NCBI GenBank assembly: GCA_963836075.1
Contig: CAWIIB010000001.1
Coordinates: forward strand, 1,792,001-1,856,000
Length of the DNA stretch: 64,000 bases
Direction of reading: 5' to 3'
DNA from: an uncultured Acidobacteriota bacterium
Lineage (GTDB): Bacteria > Acidobacteriota > JAQAZP01
Part shown: in pieces, positions 44,194-53,466 of the stretch
Layout: each line of letters opens with the position of its first letter
Numbering within the stretch: position 1 is the first letter of the stretch
The notes under the pieces: model-generated
Databases searched by the model: none
Told to the model about the DNA's origin: nothing
Seen by the model: the letters and a program-made list of their open reading frames with translations, nothing else
Position numbers and translations under genes: made by a program

Positions 44194-44571
44194 ATGAAGA
44201 GCAGCAAACGTATCATGATCAGCACCGCCATCCTGGCGGTGGCCCTGGCCGTCACACTGTTCAGCGTTCCGGCGGTTGCCGATGACTTCGGGCCGGCCAG
44301 CAGGATCGAGCCGTACAGCGACACCATCGGCCCCTACGAACCGAATGACACCATCGGCCCCTACGAGCGACATGTCCTGGTCAACGATCCCTCGTTCCGG
44401 GCGGATGAGGGCCCACCGGGCAGCAAGAAGCCGGGGGCGTACAGCGGATCCGGCAAGGCCCTTGCCATGCTGAGCTTCAAGCTCGGGTCGATGCGCTGGA
44501 GAATCAAGCTCGTGCATCCGGTCTGGATTCCGGCGCTGAGCATCTTCAGCCGCCCCGGGATCTGCCAGTGA
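44194..44571 (+). CDS. Small secreted hypothetical protein with an internal DTIGPYE repeat
   Basis: RBS GGGAGG; signal peptide ending AVA; 20-bp direct repeat at 44320-44339 and 44347-44366. Confidence 0.7.
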   Translation: MKSSKRIMISTAILAVALAVTLFSVPAVADDFGPASRIEPYSDTIGPYEPNDTIGPYERHVLVNDPSFRADEGPPGSKKPGAYSGSGKALAMLSFKLGSMRWRIKLVHPVWIPALSIFSRPGICQ

Positions 44572-44725
44572 CCCGGATGCATTGCTGCCTGCCGAAGGTG
44601 TTGTCGATTCCCACCATCAGCCGGGGCGTCAGCTCCGGCTGATCTATTGGCTTATCCGCACCGGCACAGAAATATATCTCACGGGGATTCACGCAGAGCA
44701 GGTTCGGGATCGTAATCCCAGCCAT
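44546..44725 (-). CDS. Possible 59-aa small ORF (or sRNA) downstream of a sigma-54-like promoter
   Basis: GAGGAAAACC-ATG; MAGITIPNLLCVNPREIYFCAG...; no recognisable domain; contains a hairpin at 44616-44643. Confidence 0.3.
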   Translation of the reverse strand: MAGITIPNLLCVNPREIYFCAGADKPIDQPELTPRLMVGIDNTFGRQQCIRVTGRSRGG

Positions 44726-44785
44726 GGTTTTCCTCACAATTTTCCCTGCAACTATCTGAAATACAATCTATTGCGCTAAATATAG

Positions 44786-44801
44786 AGCACATTGAGTGCC
44801 A
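44786..44801 (-). promoter_or_regulatory. Sigma-54 (-24/-12) promoter motif
   Basis: Minus strand TGGCACTCAATGTGCT, i.e. GG-N10-GC with canonical TGGCAC, in an AT-rich intergenic region. Confidence 0.55.
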
Positions 44802-44817
44802 GGATCTTTCACCGCCG

Positions 44818-44845
44818 GGAACTTTCCCCAAACCCGGGCGTTGTG
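44818..44845 (+). promoter_or_regulatory. ECF (sigma-E/W-like) promoter of the PDZ-sigma operon
   Basis: GGAACTT...CGTTGTG with AAC-N16-CGT spacing, 70 nt upstream of the first gene. Confidence 0.65.
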
Positions 44846-44915
44846 ACAGGTGAATTGGGAATTGAAAATCGCGGCCCCGCAGGCCGCCGGCAAAAAACCG
44901 ACGGAGGAAAGAACG

Positions 44916-45779
44916 ATGCGGATCAAGACTCTGACCACCCTGTTCACCCTGACCCTGATGGCCCTGCTCTCCTGGAGCGCCGGGGCGGCGGTGCTGGCCG
45001 ACGACGAAGTCCTGGAACCGGTGCAGGAGGAGAGCGCGATCTTTGTCACCTCCGGCAACGAGGAGCTGAAGACCTGGACCACCGATGACGGCAAAGTGAT
45101 CGTCCTCAGCGGCGACTGCAAGGTGGACGCCTTCACCGAAGACGGTGAGAATGTGCTGGTCAAGGTCCACGGCTGCGGGGACGGTGATGTCCACCAGCTG
45201 ATCCAGATGGGCGGCGAACCGGTGCAGCGGACCTTCCTCGGCGTGGGGCTGAGCGGTCTGACCCCGGAGCTGCAGGTGCACTTCGGCTCCTCCGAGGGCA
45301 CCGGGATCCTGGTCTCCAGCGTGACCGAGGGGAGCCCGGCCCAGGCGGCGGGCCTCCAGGTGGGCGACGTGATCACCTCGATCAGCGGCACCGCGGCCAC
45401 ATCCGCCTCGGCGGTCCAGAAGGCGGTGCGCCAGTTGAACGAGGGCGACACGGCCCTGGTGGAAGTGCTGCGCAACGGCTCCCCGATGAGCTTCGAAGCG
45501 GTGCTGACCACCAGGGAATTCCCCGGTTTCGACTTCAACTTCGATTTCGACCAGATGCTGGAGGGGGTGGAGGGCGCCCACAAGTGCATCATCAAGATGA
45601 AGAACGGGGACAACGAGTTTTACTACGACACCGAAAACCTCGACGAGGCGATGGAAAAGCTCAACGAGTATCTGGAAGGGCCGGAGTTCAAGGAGATGAT
45701 CGAGAAGCACGAGGCCAACGGCGAAAACATCGAAAAGCGGATCGAGGTTCTCGAGAAAAAAGTCGAGGAAATCGAATAG
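44916..45779 (+). CDS. Exported PDZ-domain protein without a protease domain
   Basis: Signal peptide; FLGVGLSGLTPELQVHFG, GILVSSVTEGSPAQAAGLQVGDVITSI; acidic coiled-coil tail. Confidence 0.85.
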   Translation: MRIKTLTTLFTLTLMALLSWSAGAAVLADDEVLEPVQEESAIFVTSGNEELKTWTTDDGKVIVLSGDCKVDAFTEDGENVLVKVHGCGDGDVHQLIQMGGEPVQRTFLGVGLSGLTPELQVHFGSSEGTGILVSSVTEGSPAQAAGLQVGDVITSISGTAATSASAVQKAVRQLNEGDTALVEVLRNGSPMSFEAVLTTREFPGFDFNFDFDQMLEGVEGAHKCIIKMKNGDNEFYYDTENLDEAMEKLNEYLEGPEFKEMIEKHEANGENIEKRIEVLEKKVEEIE

Positions 45780-45852
45780 AATAATACCTGTTGTGGATCT
45801 TCCGGGCCCCCCGCGGGGCCCGGCATCACCTGATTGACCCGGCGGAGACGAG

Positions 45853-46419
45853 ATGGTCGAGGCGAGCGAAGCAGAGTTGATGGCCCGCACCAGGGAGGGG
45901 GACGAGGACGCCTTCGCCCTGATCGTGGACCGCTACAAGGACCGGGTGGTCAACTACCTCTGCCGGCTCACCGGGGACCGCGACCGCGCCGAGGACACGG
46001 CCCAGGAGACCTTCCTCCGCCTCTACCGCAACACGGCCGCCTACCGTGAAGAAGGGCACCTGGCGGCCTTCATCTTCCGCATCGCCACCAACCTGGTGCG
46101 GTCGGAAGAACGGCGGAACCGGCGCTGGCGGCTGTTCCGGGCCACGGTGCCGGCGGGTGAGAACGGCAACGGCGGCCCGCCCAGCCCCCAGGCCCGGCTG
46201 CTGCAGCAGGAGGCCGCGGAACAGCTTGGCGCCGCCATCGGCGAGCTGCCGCTGAAATTCCGGGCGCCGCTGGTGCTGCGGGAGATCGAGGGCCTCTCCT
46301 ACCAGGCCATCGCCGAGGCCACCGGCTGCCGGGAGGGGACGGTGAAGTCGAGGATCAACAGGGGCCGGCACCAGTTGCGCGAGCGGCTGGAGCCATACTG
46401 GATCGGAGGGGTGGGATGA
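45853..46419 (+). CDS. ECF RNA polymerase sigma factor
   Basis: AEDTAQETFLR, IFRIATNL, LVLREIEGLSYQAIAE, GTVKSRINRGR. Confidence 0.93.
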   Translation: MVEASEAELMARTREGDEDAFALIVDRYKDRVVNYLCRLTGDRDRAEDTAQETFLRLYRNTAAYREEGHLAAFIFRIATNLVRSEERRNRRWRLFRATVPAGENGNGGPPSPQARLLQQEAAEQLGAAIGELPLKFRAPLVLREIEGLSYQAIAEATGCREGTVKSRINRGRHQLRERLEPYWIGGVG

Positions 46420-46832
46420 GCGACGAGCGGATCAACAGAGAGCTCAATGCGCTGCCCAGGGAAAAGGCGTCGGCGGATTTTACCCGGCGTGTTCTGGCCA
46501 ACCTCCCCCGCACGCCGAAGCGCCGGATTCCGGCCTGGGGCTATCGCCTGGCGGCAGCGGCCACGGTGATCATCCTGCTGGTGATCCCGATGAGCCTGCG
46601 GCGCTGGTCGATGTCCATCGACACCGGAAACGAGGCGAAGCTCGCCGAAATCGAGGCGGTGCGCTCGGAAAAGGCGCTGATCGAGAAGGAACTGCGTGAG
46701 CTGCGGGAGAAGGCCGCCGAAGACAGCCCGGTGGTCTTCCTCGGCGGCAACGAGGAGGTGAACCTGGTGCTCGACGTGGGCGCCCTGCTCAACCGGAGCA
46801 CCGAGGCCAACGAGGGAACATCGGCCTTTTGA
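46416..46832 (+). CDS. Putative single-TM anti-sigma factor
   Basis: ATGA overlap with the sigma gene; ASADFTRRVL, TM segment LAAAATVIILLVIP, short coiled coil. Confidence 0.75.
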   Translation: MSDERINRELNALPREKASADFTRRVLANLPRTPKRRIPAWGYRLAAAATVIILLVIPMSLRRWSMSIDTGNEAKLAEIEAVRSEKALIEKELRELREKAAEDSPVVFLGGNEEVNLVLDVGALLNRSTEANEGTSAF

Positions 46833-46925
46833 GCGGCATTGAGAGAAGAGAACGAGAGCATCGGACAACGATGCCGGCACAGCACGATGCAACCAGGCCC
46901 TGAGGAACGACGGAGGATCTGAACA

Positions 46926-47807
46926 ATGACGTGGGATACATGGAAAAAAATGCTGGCCACCGGCTGCGCCCTGGCGGGCCTGGTGCTGCTCAGCGCTGCG
47001 GCGCCGGCCGCGGTGCTCCCCGACGACGAAGAGAGCGCCGCACCGGCGGTGCAGGGGAAGGCCGTGGGCAAGGTCAACGTCAAGGTCATCGGCGACGACC
47101 ACGGCGATCATGTGGTCCACTGGGTGGGCTCGGCGGCAAAACGGGGCTATCTCGGCGTGGCGCTGAACCCGCTGAGCGCCGAACTGCAAAAGCACTTCGG
47201 CGCCCCGGAGGGCAGCGGCGTGATGGTGGGTTCGGTGGTGGAGGGCAGCCCGGCCCATTCCGCCGGCCTCAAGGTGGGTGACGTGATCACCGCCATCGAC
47301 GGCAACGAGGTTGGATCACCCTCCGACGTCCAGCGGATCATCCGCGAAAAGGAGGAGGGGGAAACGGCAACCATCGCACTGGTCCGGGGGGGCGTCCCGA
47401 TGACCGTGGAGGCCACGGCGGGCGTGAAGGAGATGCAGGAGTTCGACATCGGCCTGCTGGGCGACATCGGTGACCTGAAGAAAAAGGCCTTCTTTATCTC
47501 CAGCGGCATGGAAGGCGGCAACATGGTCTTCGAGACCATGGACGGCGAGATCAAGGTGGACCTGGACGATCAGATGGAGCAGCTGGAAAACATCTTCATC
47601 GAAAAAATCGGCGATTCCGACGACCTGATCTACTTCGACACCGAGACGTTCAACGAGTCGATGAAGGAAGTGCACGAATACCTCGCCAGCCCCGAGTTCC
47701 AGGAGAAGCTCAAAGCCCTCCAGGAACGCGAAGTCGAGCTCCAGCAGCGGCTGGAAGAGCTGGAAGTGAAACTGGAAAAGCTGGAGGAGGTGCACGAAGA
47801 AGAGTAG
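46926..47807 (+). CDS. Second exported PDZ-domain protein without a protease domain
   Basis: Signal peptide; RGYLGVALNPLSAELQKHFG, GSPAHSAGLKVGDVITAIDG; tail YFDTETFNESMKEVHEYLASPEF paralogous to the first PDZ gene. Confidence 0.85.
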   Translation: MTWDTWKKMLATGCALAGLVLLSAAAPAAVLPDDEESAAPAVQGKAVGKVNVKVIGDDHGDHVVHWVGSAAKRGYLGVALNPLSAELQKHFGAPEGSGVMVGSVVEGSPAHSAGLKVGDVITAIDGNEVGSPSDVQRIIREKEEGETATIALVRGGVPMTVEATAGVKEMQEFDIGLLGDIGDLKKKAFFISSGMEGGNMVFETMDGEIKVDLDDQMEQLENIFIEKIGDSDDLIYFDTETFNESMKEVHEYLASPEFQEKLKALQEREVELQQRLEELEVKLEKLEEVHEEE

Positions 47808-47831
47808 CCCAGCCACTCCGTCGATCCCCTT

Positions 47832-47864
47832 AAAGCCCCCTGGTCCACCAGCCGGGGGGCTTTT
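47832..47864 (+). terminator. Rho-independent terminator of the PDZ-sigma operon
   Basis: AAAGCCCCCTGG...CCGGGGGGCTTTT. Confidence 0.8.
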
Positions 47865-47880
47865 CTCCGTACGGCGGCAA

Positions 47881-47908
47881 TTGACAGCGTCCGAATATCC
47901 ACTATGCT
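47881..47908 (+). promoter_or_regulatory. Sigma-70-like promoter
   Basis: TTGACA-N16-TATGCT about 50 nt upstream of the next gene. Confidence 0.55.
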
Positions 47909-47960
47909 GAGCAGTGGGATTTGAAGGTTTCACAATACATCTCTTCTGGTGGTGCAAAAG

Positions 47961-50252
47961 ATGACGAGTTTTCCCCGAACAGCCGGCCCCGGACACCGAA
48001 CCGGCGCTTTGATGCTGTCCCTGCTCCTGGCCCTGTCCATCCTTTTCTGGACCGCTCCGGCCGGTGCGGATCCATACGACGCCAGCGGGATCCAGACGCT
48101 GCGCTGGACCGGCCCCCAGCCGCCCCTGTCCTTTGCCCAATGGTCGGCGCGGCAGGTCCGCGAGCCGTTCCGGGTCCGCCACCTGCACTCCATGGACGGC
48201 GGCCGGGGCAGCGGCAACAAGGTCCTGGTCCTGGTCAACGAGGGGCTGCGGCCGTCCATCGAGGTCAACCTGGCCCGCTACGTGGCCGATATCGCCGGCC
48301 AGGGCTGGGACCTGGAGGTCTTTGAGACCGGCGGCGGCACACCGGAGACACTGAAGGCGTTCATCCTCGACCACTCCGCGGGGCTGGCCGCGGTGGTCTT
48401 CTTCGGCCGGATGCCCACGCCCTGGTATGAATCGGACGAGGAGTTCCCCTTCGACTACTTCTACATGGAACTGGACGGTCTGTGGATCGATGCCGACGAA
48501 GACGGGATGTACGACGCGCTGGAGGCCGGCGACGGCGACCAGGGACCGGAGATCTTCGTGGCCCACATCGACGCCTCGATGATGACCTGGTGGGACGAAG
48601 CCGACTCGGTGAACCGCTACCTGGACAAGGACCACGCCTTCTGGAGCGGCGCCATCACCTGCACCGACTACGGCCTGACCTACACCGAGGACGACTGGGC
48701 CAGCGGCGCCGACATTTGCACCGCCATGCGCTACGGCTACCCGGCCTACCACGAAATCCGCGCGCCCGAGACCCACCGCGACGACTACGTGCTGAACAGG
48801 CTCACCGAACCGGCCTACGAGTTCATCCAGCTGGCCTGCCACTCCTGGTCCGGCGGCCACGGCTTCACCCGGGGCGGCACCTGCAGCAGCTGGCGGGTGG
48901 CCAATACCGAACCCGAGGCGCTGTTCTACAACCTCTTCTGCTGCAGCGCCCTGCGCTGGGTCGAGGACAACCACCTGGGCGGGGCCTATATCTTCAACCC
49001 CGGCACCACCAGCCTGGCCACAGTGGGCAGCACCAAGAGCGGCTCGATGCTCAACTTCGAGTGGTTCTACGAACCCTGGGGTTCCGGCGTCTCGCTGGGC
49101 GAGTCGCTGCAGGTCTGGTTCGAGAAGGTGGCGCCCTTCGAACAGTGGGAGATCGACTGGCACATGGGCATGTCGATCACCGGCGACCCCTTCCTCAAGC
49201 GGACCAACCCCTCGCCGGTGAAACCGCAGATCCTCGTCGGCCCCGGCCCGCTGGCCGGCCAGGACCCCTTTGTCCGGGGCTACGGTACCGATGGCATGGC
49301 CCGCCCCTACACCGAGTTTGACCCCTATTCCTGGCTCAACGGCTGGGGCACGCAGCTGGCCACCGGTGACCTGGGCGGGGACGGGATGGTGGACATCGTC
49401 ACCGGCACCGGACCCGGTCCGGACACCCCGCCGGTGGTGCGGGCCTATGACCTGGGCGGCACGGTCCACACGGGTTTGAACTTTCGGCCCTACGGCACCA
49501 CCGGCTGGGGTATCGAGGTGGCCTGCGGCGACCTGGACGGCGACGGCCGTGACGAGATCGTCACCGGGCCGGGACCGGGACCGGTGGCCGGCCCGCACGT
49601 GCGGGCCTTCACCTGGGACGGCGATACGATCGCGCCCCTGACGGGAACGAACTTCCAGGCGTACGGAACGCTCAAATACGGGGTCAAGGTGGCCTGCGGC
49701 GACCTGGACGGTGACGGGTTCGACGAGATCGTTACCGGCGCCGGCGCCGGCGCGGTCTTCGGGCCGCATGTCCGGGGCTGGAACGTGGACGGCGGACCGG
49801 CCGCGGCCCTCCCGGGAATCAGCTTCTTCGCCTACAACACACTGCGCTGGGGCGTCAACGTGGCCTGCGGCGACCTGGACGGCGACGGCCGCGACGAAAT
49901 CGTCACCGGGCCGGGACCGGGGGATATCTTCGGGGCCCACATCCGGGCCTGGCGGGTCAGCGGCGGCAGCGCCTGGCCCCTGCCCGGAGCCAGCCTGCTG
50001 GCCTACCCGGCAAGCTGGCGCCGCGGTGCACGGGTCGCCTGCGCCGACCTCGATGGCGACGGCCGGGACGAGATCATCACCGCTCCCGGGCCCGATCCGC
50101 TGAACAGCGCGCACATCCGCGGGTTCCGCTACACCGGCGGGACCCTGGTCCCCCTGGACAACCCCGACTTCATCGCCTGGGGGGACGAGGGATATCGGGG
50201 AGGGGCGACGCTGGCCGCGGTGGACCTGGCCGGGGCCAGGATGGCCCGCTGA
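47961..50252 (+). CDS. Secreted C25-like (caspase-fold) peptidase with C-terminal FG-GAP-like module
   Basis: Signal region; PFDYFYMELDG, PEIFVAHI, candidate dyad LACHS and LFCCS, VGSTKSG, ITGDP; five FG-GAP-like repeats; ends TLAAVDLAGARMAR. Start uncertain. Confidence 0.75.
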   Translation: MTSFPRTAGPGHRTGALMLSLLLALSILFWTAPAGADPYDASGIQTLRWTGPQPPLSFAQWSARQVREPFRVRHLHSMDGGRGSGNKVLVLVNEGLRPSIEVNLARYVADIAGQGWDLEVFETGGGTPETLKAFILDHSAGLAAVVFFGRMPTPWYESDEEFPFDYFYMELDGLWIDADEDGMYDALEAGDGDQGPEIFVAHIDASMMTWWDEADSVNRYLDKDHAFWSGAITCTDYGLTYTEDDWASGADICTAMRYGYPAYHEIRAPETHRDDYVLNRLTEPAYEFIQLACHSWSGGHGFTRGGTCSSWRVANTEPEALFYNLFCCSALRWVEDNHLGGAYIFNPGTTSLATVGSTKSGSMLNFEWFYEPWGSGVSLGESLQVWFEKVAPFEQWEIDWHMGMSITGDPFLKRTNPSPVKPQILVGPGPLAGQDPFVRGYGTDGMARPYTEFDPYSWLNGWGTQLATGDLGGDGMVDIVTGTGPGPDTPPVVRAYDLGGTVHTGLNFRPYGTTGWGIEVACGDLDGDGRDEIVTGPGPGPVAGPHVRAFTWDGDTIAPLTGTNFQAYGTLKYGVKVACGDLDGDGFDEIVTGAGAGAVFGPHVRGWNVDGGPAAALPGISFFAYNTLRWGVNVACGDLDGDGRDEIVTGPGPGDIFGAHIRAWRVSGGSAWPLPGASLLAYPASWRRGARVACADLDGDGRDEIITAPGPDPLNSAHIRGFRYTGGTLVPLDNPDFIAWGDEGYRGGATLAAVDLAGARMAR

Positions 50253-50258
50253 CCAATC

Positions 50259-50287
50259 TTGACCGCACCGGGTCGATTCCCTACCCT
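50259..50287 (+). promoter_or_regulatory. Sigma-70-like promoter, probably giving a leaderless mRNA
   Basis: TTGACC-N17-TACCCT, then 6 nt to ATG 50294 with no SD sequence. Confidence 0.45.
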
Positions 50288-50293
50288 TGAACC

Positions 50294-52105
50294 ATGCATC
50301 AAGGGTTCCGCAGCAACATCTCCGCCCTGATTCCGGCCGTGCTGGTGGGCTTCTGTCTCGCGCTGGCGGGCGCGGTCTGGGCCACGCTTCCCGACGCCCA
50401 CCTGTCCCACGGGATGTACTATCTGGCGGCACGGTCGGCGCTGCCCTGGTTCAACTTCACCGCCGCCATCCTCGTCTTCCTCACCGGCCTGGTGCTGGCG
50501 GAATCTATGGTGGTCAACCGGGCGGGACCGGGCAAAGTCCACCGGCAGCCGGTGATCGGAACCCCGGCCGGGGCCGCGGCCCTGCTCTTCATCGTTCTCG
50601 GGCGCTTCCTGCTGCACAACCTGCCCCTGCCCCGGCTGGTGCCGTTCCAGCGCCTGGCGGGCACCGTGGCCATCGTCATCGCCGCCGCCCTGCTCTGGTT
50701 TGTTCTGCACCTCATCTCCCGCTCGTCACGGGGCCGGATGCTCTCCTCCGGGCCGGTCCGCGCGGCGGCGGTTCTGGCCATCGCCCTCTTTTGCCTGCTG
50801 CAGCTCTACGGCCGCGGCCTGCTGCCGGTGCCCACCACCGGCGGGCCGAACCTGCTGCTGGTGGGAGTGGACACGCTGCGGGCCGACCACATGGGCTGCT
50901 ACGGCTACCACCGCGACACCACGCCGAATATCGACCGCTGGGCCTCCGGTGCCCTGATCTTCGAACAGTGCACCGCCTCCACGCCGCGCACCACCCAGTC
51001 CATGGCTTCGATTCTCACCTCCCGCTACCCCCGGGACATCGGGGTGCGCTACCTCTCGGACCGCCTGCCTCGGGAACAGCTCTCCCTGGCCGAGGTCCTC
51101 AGGAACCAGGGCTACAGCACCATCGCCGTCATCGCCACCGGCATCCCCCGCGGGAAGCTGGAGGACGGTTTCGACGTGGTGCTGGACACGGAGTCGGAAT
51201 GGACGGCGGCGGTGACCCTGGAGAAGACGCTGGAGCAGTTGGACAGGGTGAAGGGGAAGTATTTCCTCTTTGTCTTCTTCCGCGACCCCCACATGCCCTA
51301 TCGCCCCTCGCGGGTGGCCTTTGACACGGAGTATGAAGGCCGCTTCCAGCACGCGGCCGGCTACGTCCCGGACAAACAGAACTGCGTTTTCAACAACGAC
51401 TTCACCCCGCGGGAACGGGAGCATGTCACCGCGCTCTACGATTCGGAGATCCTCGACGTGGACCGGGCCTTTGGCCGGCTGCTGGAGGCGGTGGCGGAAA
51501 AGGGAGGAGAGACGATCACCGCCTTCTTCTCCGACCACGGCGAGAGTCTCGGCGAGCACGGCTACCACTATGACCACGGCGACTTGCTCTACCAGCCGGG
51601 CCTGCGGGTGCCGCTGATCATCGGCGGCATGCCGGTTGCCGCCGGACGAGTGGCCCGCCGGGTGCGCACCATCGACCTGGCGCCCACCCTGCTGGGCGGC
51701 ATGGGGATCGAGCTGCGCAACAGCCCCTTCCACGGGGTTGATCTGCGGCAGCACCACGGGCCCCTGCCGGCCTTCAGCGAGAGCGGCCATGCCATGATCC
51801 GGACGGCCTACACCAGCGGCAGACGCGTCCTCCCCGGCCTGCAGGGGCGGCTCCGCTCACTGATCCTGGGTCGGCGGAAGCTGATCTGCACGCCCACCCG
51901 TGACGGCTATGACTTCGAGTGCTACGATCTCGTGGAGGACGGGGAGGAAGTGGTGAACCTGGTGGAGAGCGGCGCCGGCTGCCGGGAGATGCAGGACCAG
52001 CTGCTGGACTGGATCGAGCAGGACCGGCCCAACTGGACCGGCCGGGTCAAGGTCTACGACGACGACACGCGCGAACGGCTGAGAAGCCTCGGGTATCTGG
52101 ACTGA
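50294..52105 (+). CDS. Membrane-anchored sulfatase-like hydrolase/transferase
   Basis: About 5 N-terminal TM segments; VDTLRADHMGCYGY, TPRTTQSMASILTS, DPHMPY, FSDHGESL, LRSLGYLD. Confidence 0.87.
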   Translation: MHQGFRSNISALIPAVLVGFCLALAGAVWATLPDAHLSHGMYYLAARSALPWFNFTAAILVFLTGLVLAESMVVNRAGPGKVHRQPVIGTPAGAAALLFIVLGRFLLHNLPLPRLVPFQRLAGTVAIVIAAALLWFVLHLISRSSRGRMLSSGPVRAAAVLAIALFCLLQLYGRGLLPVPTTGGPNLLLVGVDTLRADHMGCYGYHRDTTPNIDRWASGALIFEQCTASTPRTTQSMASILTSRYPRDIGVRYLSDRLPREQLSLAEVLRNQGYSTIAVIATGIPRGKLEDGFDVVLDTESEWTAAVTLEKTLEQLDRVKGKYFLFVFFRDPHMPYRPSRVAFDTEYEGRFQHAAGYVPDKQNCVFNNDFTPREREHVTALYDSEILDVDRAFGRLLEAVAEKGGETITAFFSDHGESLGEHGYHYDHGDLLYQPGLRVPLIIGGMPVAAGRVARRVRTIDLAPTLLGGMGIELRNSPFHGVDLRQHHGPLPAFSESGHAMIRTAYTSGRRVLPGLQGRLRSLILGRRKLICTPTRDGYDFECYDLVEDGEEVVNLVESGAGCREMQDQLLDWIEQDRPNWTGRVKVYDDDTRERLRSLGYLD

Positions 52106-53466
52106 TGAAACCGACACCGCACAACCGGTCAGCGGTCCTCCTCAGCATCCGGCTGGCGGCGCCGCTGCTGCTGGTGGGCTTCACCATCCTCTACATGACA
52201 TCCCTGGCCGGCAACGACCACCTGTTCAGGACCAGGGACAGCCTGTTCCACGCTGATTCCAGTGACTACGTGCTGGCCGCCCGCCAGCCCACCCTGGCCT
52301 TCGGTGACGTCGACTTCATGGAGCAGGACGGCTTCGTCCCCGCCGCCGACATGGCCCGGATCGGCCGGCTGGTCAACCGCTCCGCCCTGCTGAAAAAGGC
52401 GCGGAAGCACCCGCTCTTCTTCCCCGTCAACCACCTCTGCTACTCGGGTTTCAAGAAACTGGTCCGCCCCCTGCGGCCCGGCTGGACCATCGCCGACGAG
52501 CGCCGGGCACTGCTCTTCCCCTCCGCCCTGTTCGGCGCCCTGTCGGTGACCGGGCTCTACCTCTTCTTCTGCCGGCACAGCCGGGACCGCCTGCCGGCCC
52601 TGCTCTTCGCCCTGCTCTTCGGCTTCTCGCTGAGCAAGTGGATCTACTCCAGCCTGCCCGAGACCTACTCGCTGCAGATCCTGGTCGGTGTCGGCCTCAC
52701 CGCCCTGATCTTCCAGCTGCGCCGGCCGGGGTGGAGCCAGGCGCTGCTGCTGGCCCTGGCCACCGGCTTCGCCGTCCTGGTTGGGGTGAACAACATCCTG
52801 CTGGTGCTGCCCCTGTTCCTGCTCTTCCTGTTCAACAGGAGGCCGGGGCCCGGCCTGGCCTATGCCCTGCTCACCGCTCTGACAGTGGTCGGCGCCTACC
52901 TGCTGCTGGCCTGGCTGGTCAATCCCCTGCTCTCCTTCGGTGCGAGCGTCCAGATGGCCGGCGCCCAGGTGATCTCCCTCTCCGCCGGCAACCCGGCGCA
53001 GGTCTTCCAGCGGCTGATCTCCGTGGCCGGCAACCACTTCTTCTTCAGCATCGGCGCCATTCACGTGCCGCGGCCCGGCTTCACCCGTCCCGGGGCCCTG
53101 CTCTGCTACCTGCAGTCACCGCTGCCGGCCGTCTTTCTCCTCTCCTACCTGATCTTTCTCCTGCTGCTGGCCAAACAGCTGATCACCAGGGGCGCCCCGG
53201 TGCCCCGCGACCGCTGCCTGACTCTGGTCTGCTGGATGGCAGTGCACCTGCTCTTCTACTCGGTCTTCAACTCGGCGCAGCCGTTCCTCTACTCCTCCAC
53301 CTTCCTGGTGCCGCTGATCACCCTCTTCTTCTTCGGTTACAGCGGTGAGCAGGATGGTGAAACGCCGGGGAGGGACAGGCGGGACTTCAGCCGCGGCACA
53401 CTGATCCTGCTTGTGCTGGCCGTCTGGCTGGACAACCAGGTCTACGTGCTGACGTTTCTGCAGTGA
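52105..53466 (+). CDS. Polytopic membrane protein, GT-C/ArnT-like glycosyltransferase candidate
   Basis: TGATG coupling to the sulfatase-like gene; first-loop HADS...KHPLF, SALFGALSV, SSLPETYSL; about 10-11 TM segments. Confidence 0.6.
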   Translation: MKPTPHNRSAVLLSIRLAAPLLLVGFTILYMTSLAGNDHLFRTRDSLFHADSSDYVLAARQPTLAFGDVDFMEQDGFVPAADMARIGRLVNRSALLKKARKHPLFFPVNHLCYSGFKKLVRPLRPGWTIADERRALLFPSALFGALSVTGLYLFFCRHSRDRLPALLFALLFGFSLSKWIYSSLPETYSLQILVGVGLTALIFQLRRPGWSQALLLALATGFAVLVGVNNILLVLPLFLLFLFNRRPGPGLAYALLTALTVVGAYLLLAWLVNPLLSFGASVQMAGAQVISLSAGNPAQVFQRLISVAGNHFFFSIGAIHVPRPGFTRPGALLCYLQSPLPAVFLLSYLIFLLLLAKQLITRGAPVPRDRCLTLVCWMAVHLLFYSVFNSAQPFLYSSTFLVPLITLFFFGYSGEQDGETPGRDRRDFSRGTLILLVLAVWLDNQVYVLTFLQ

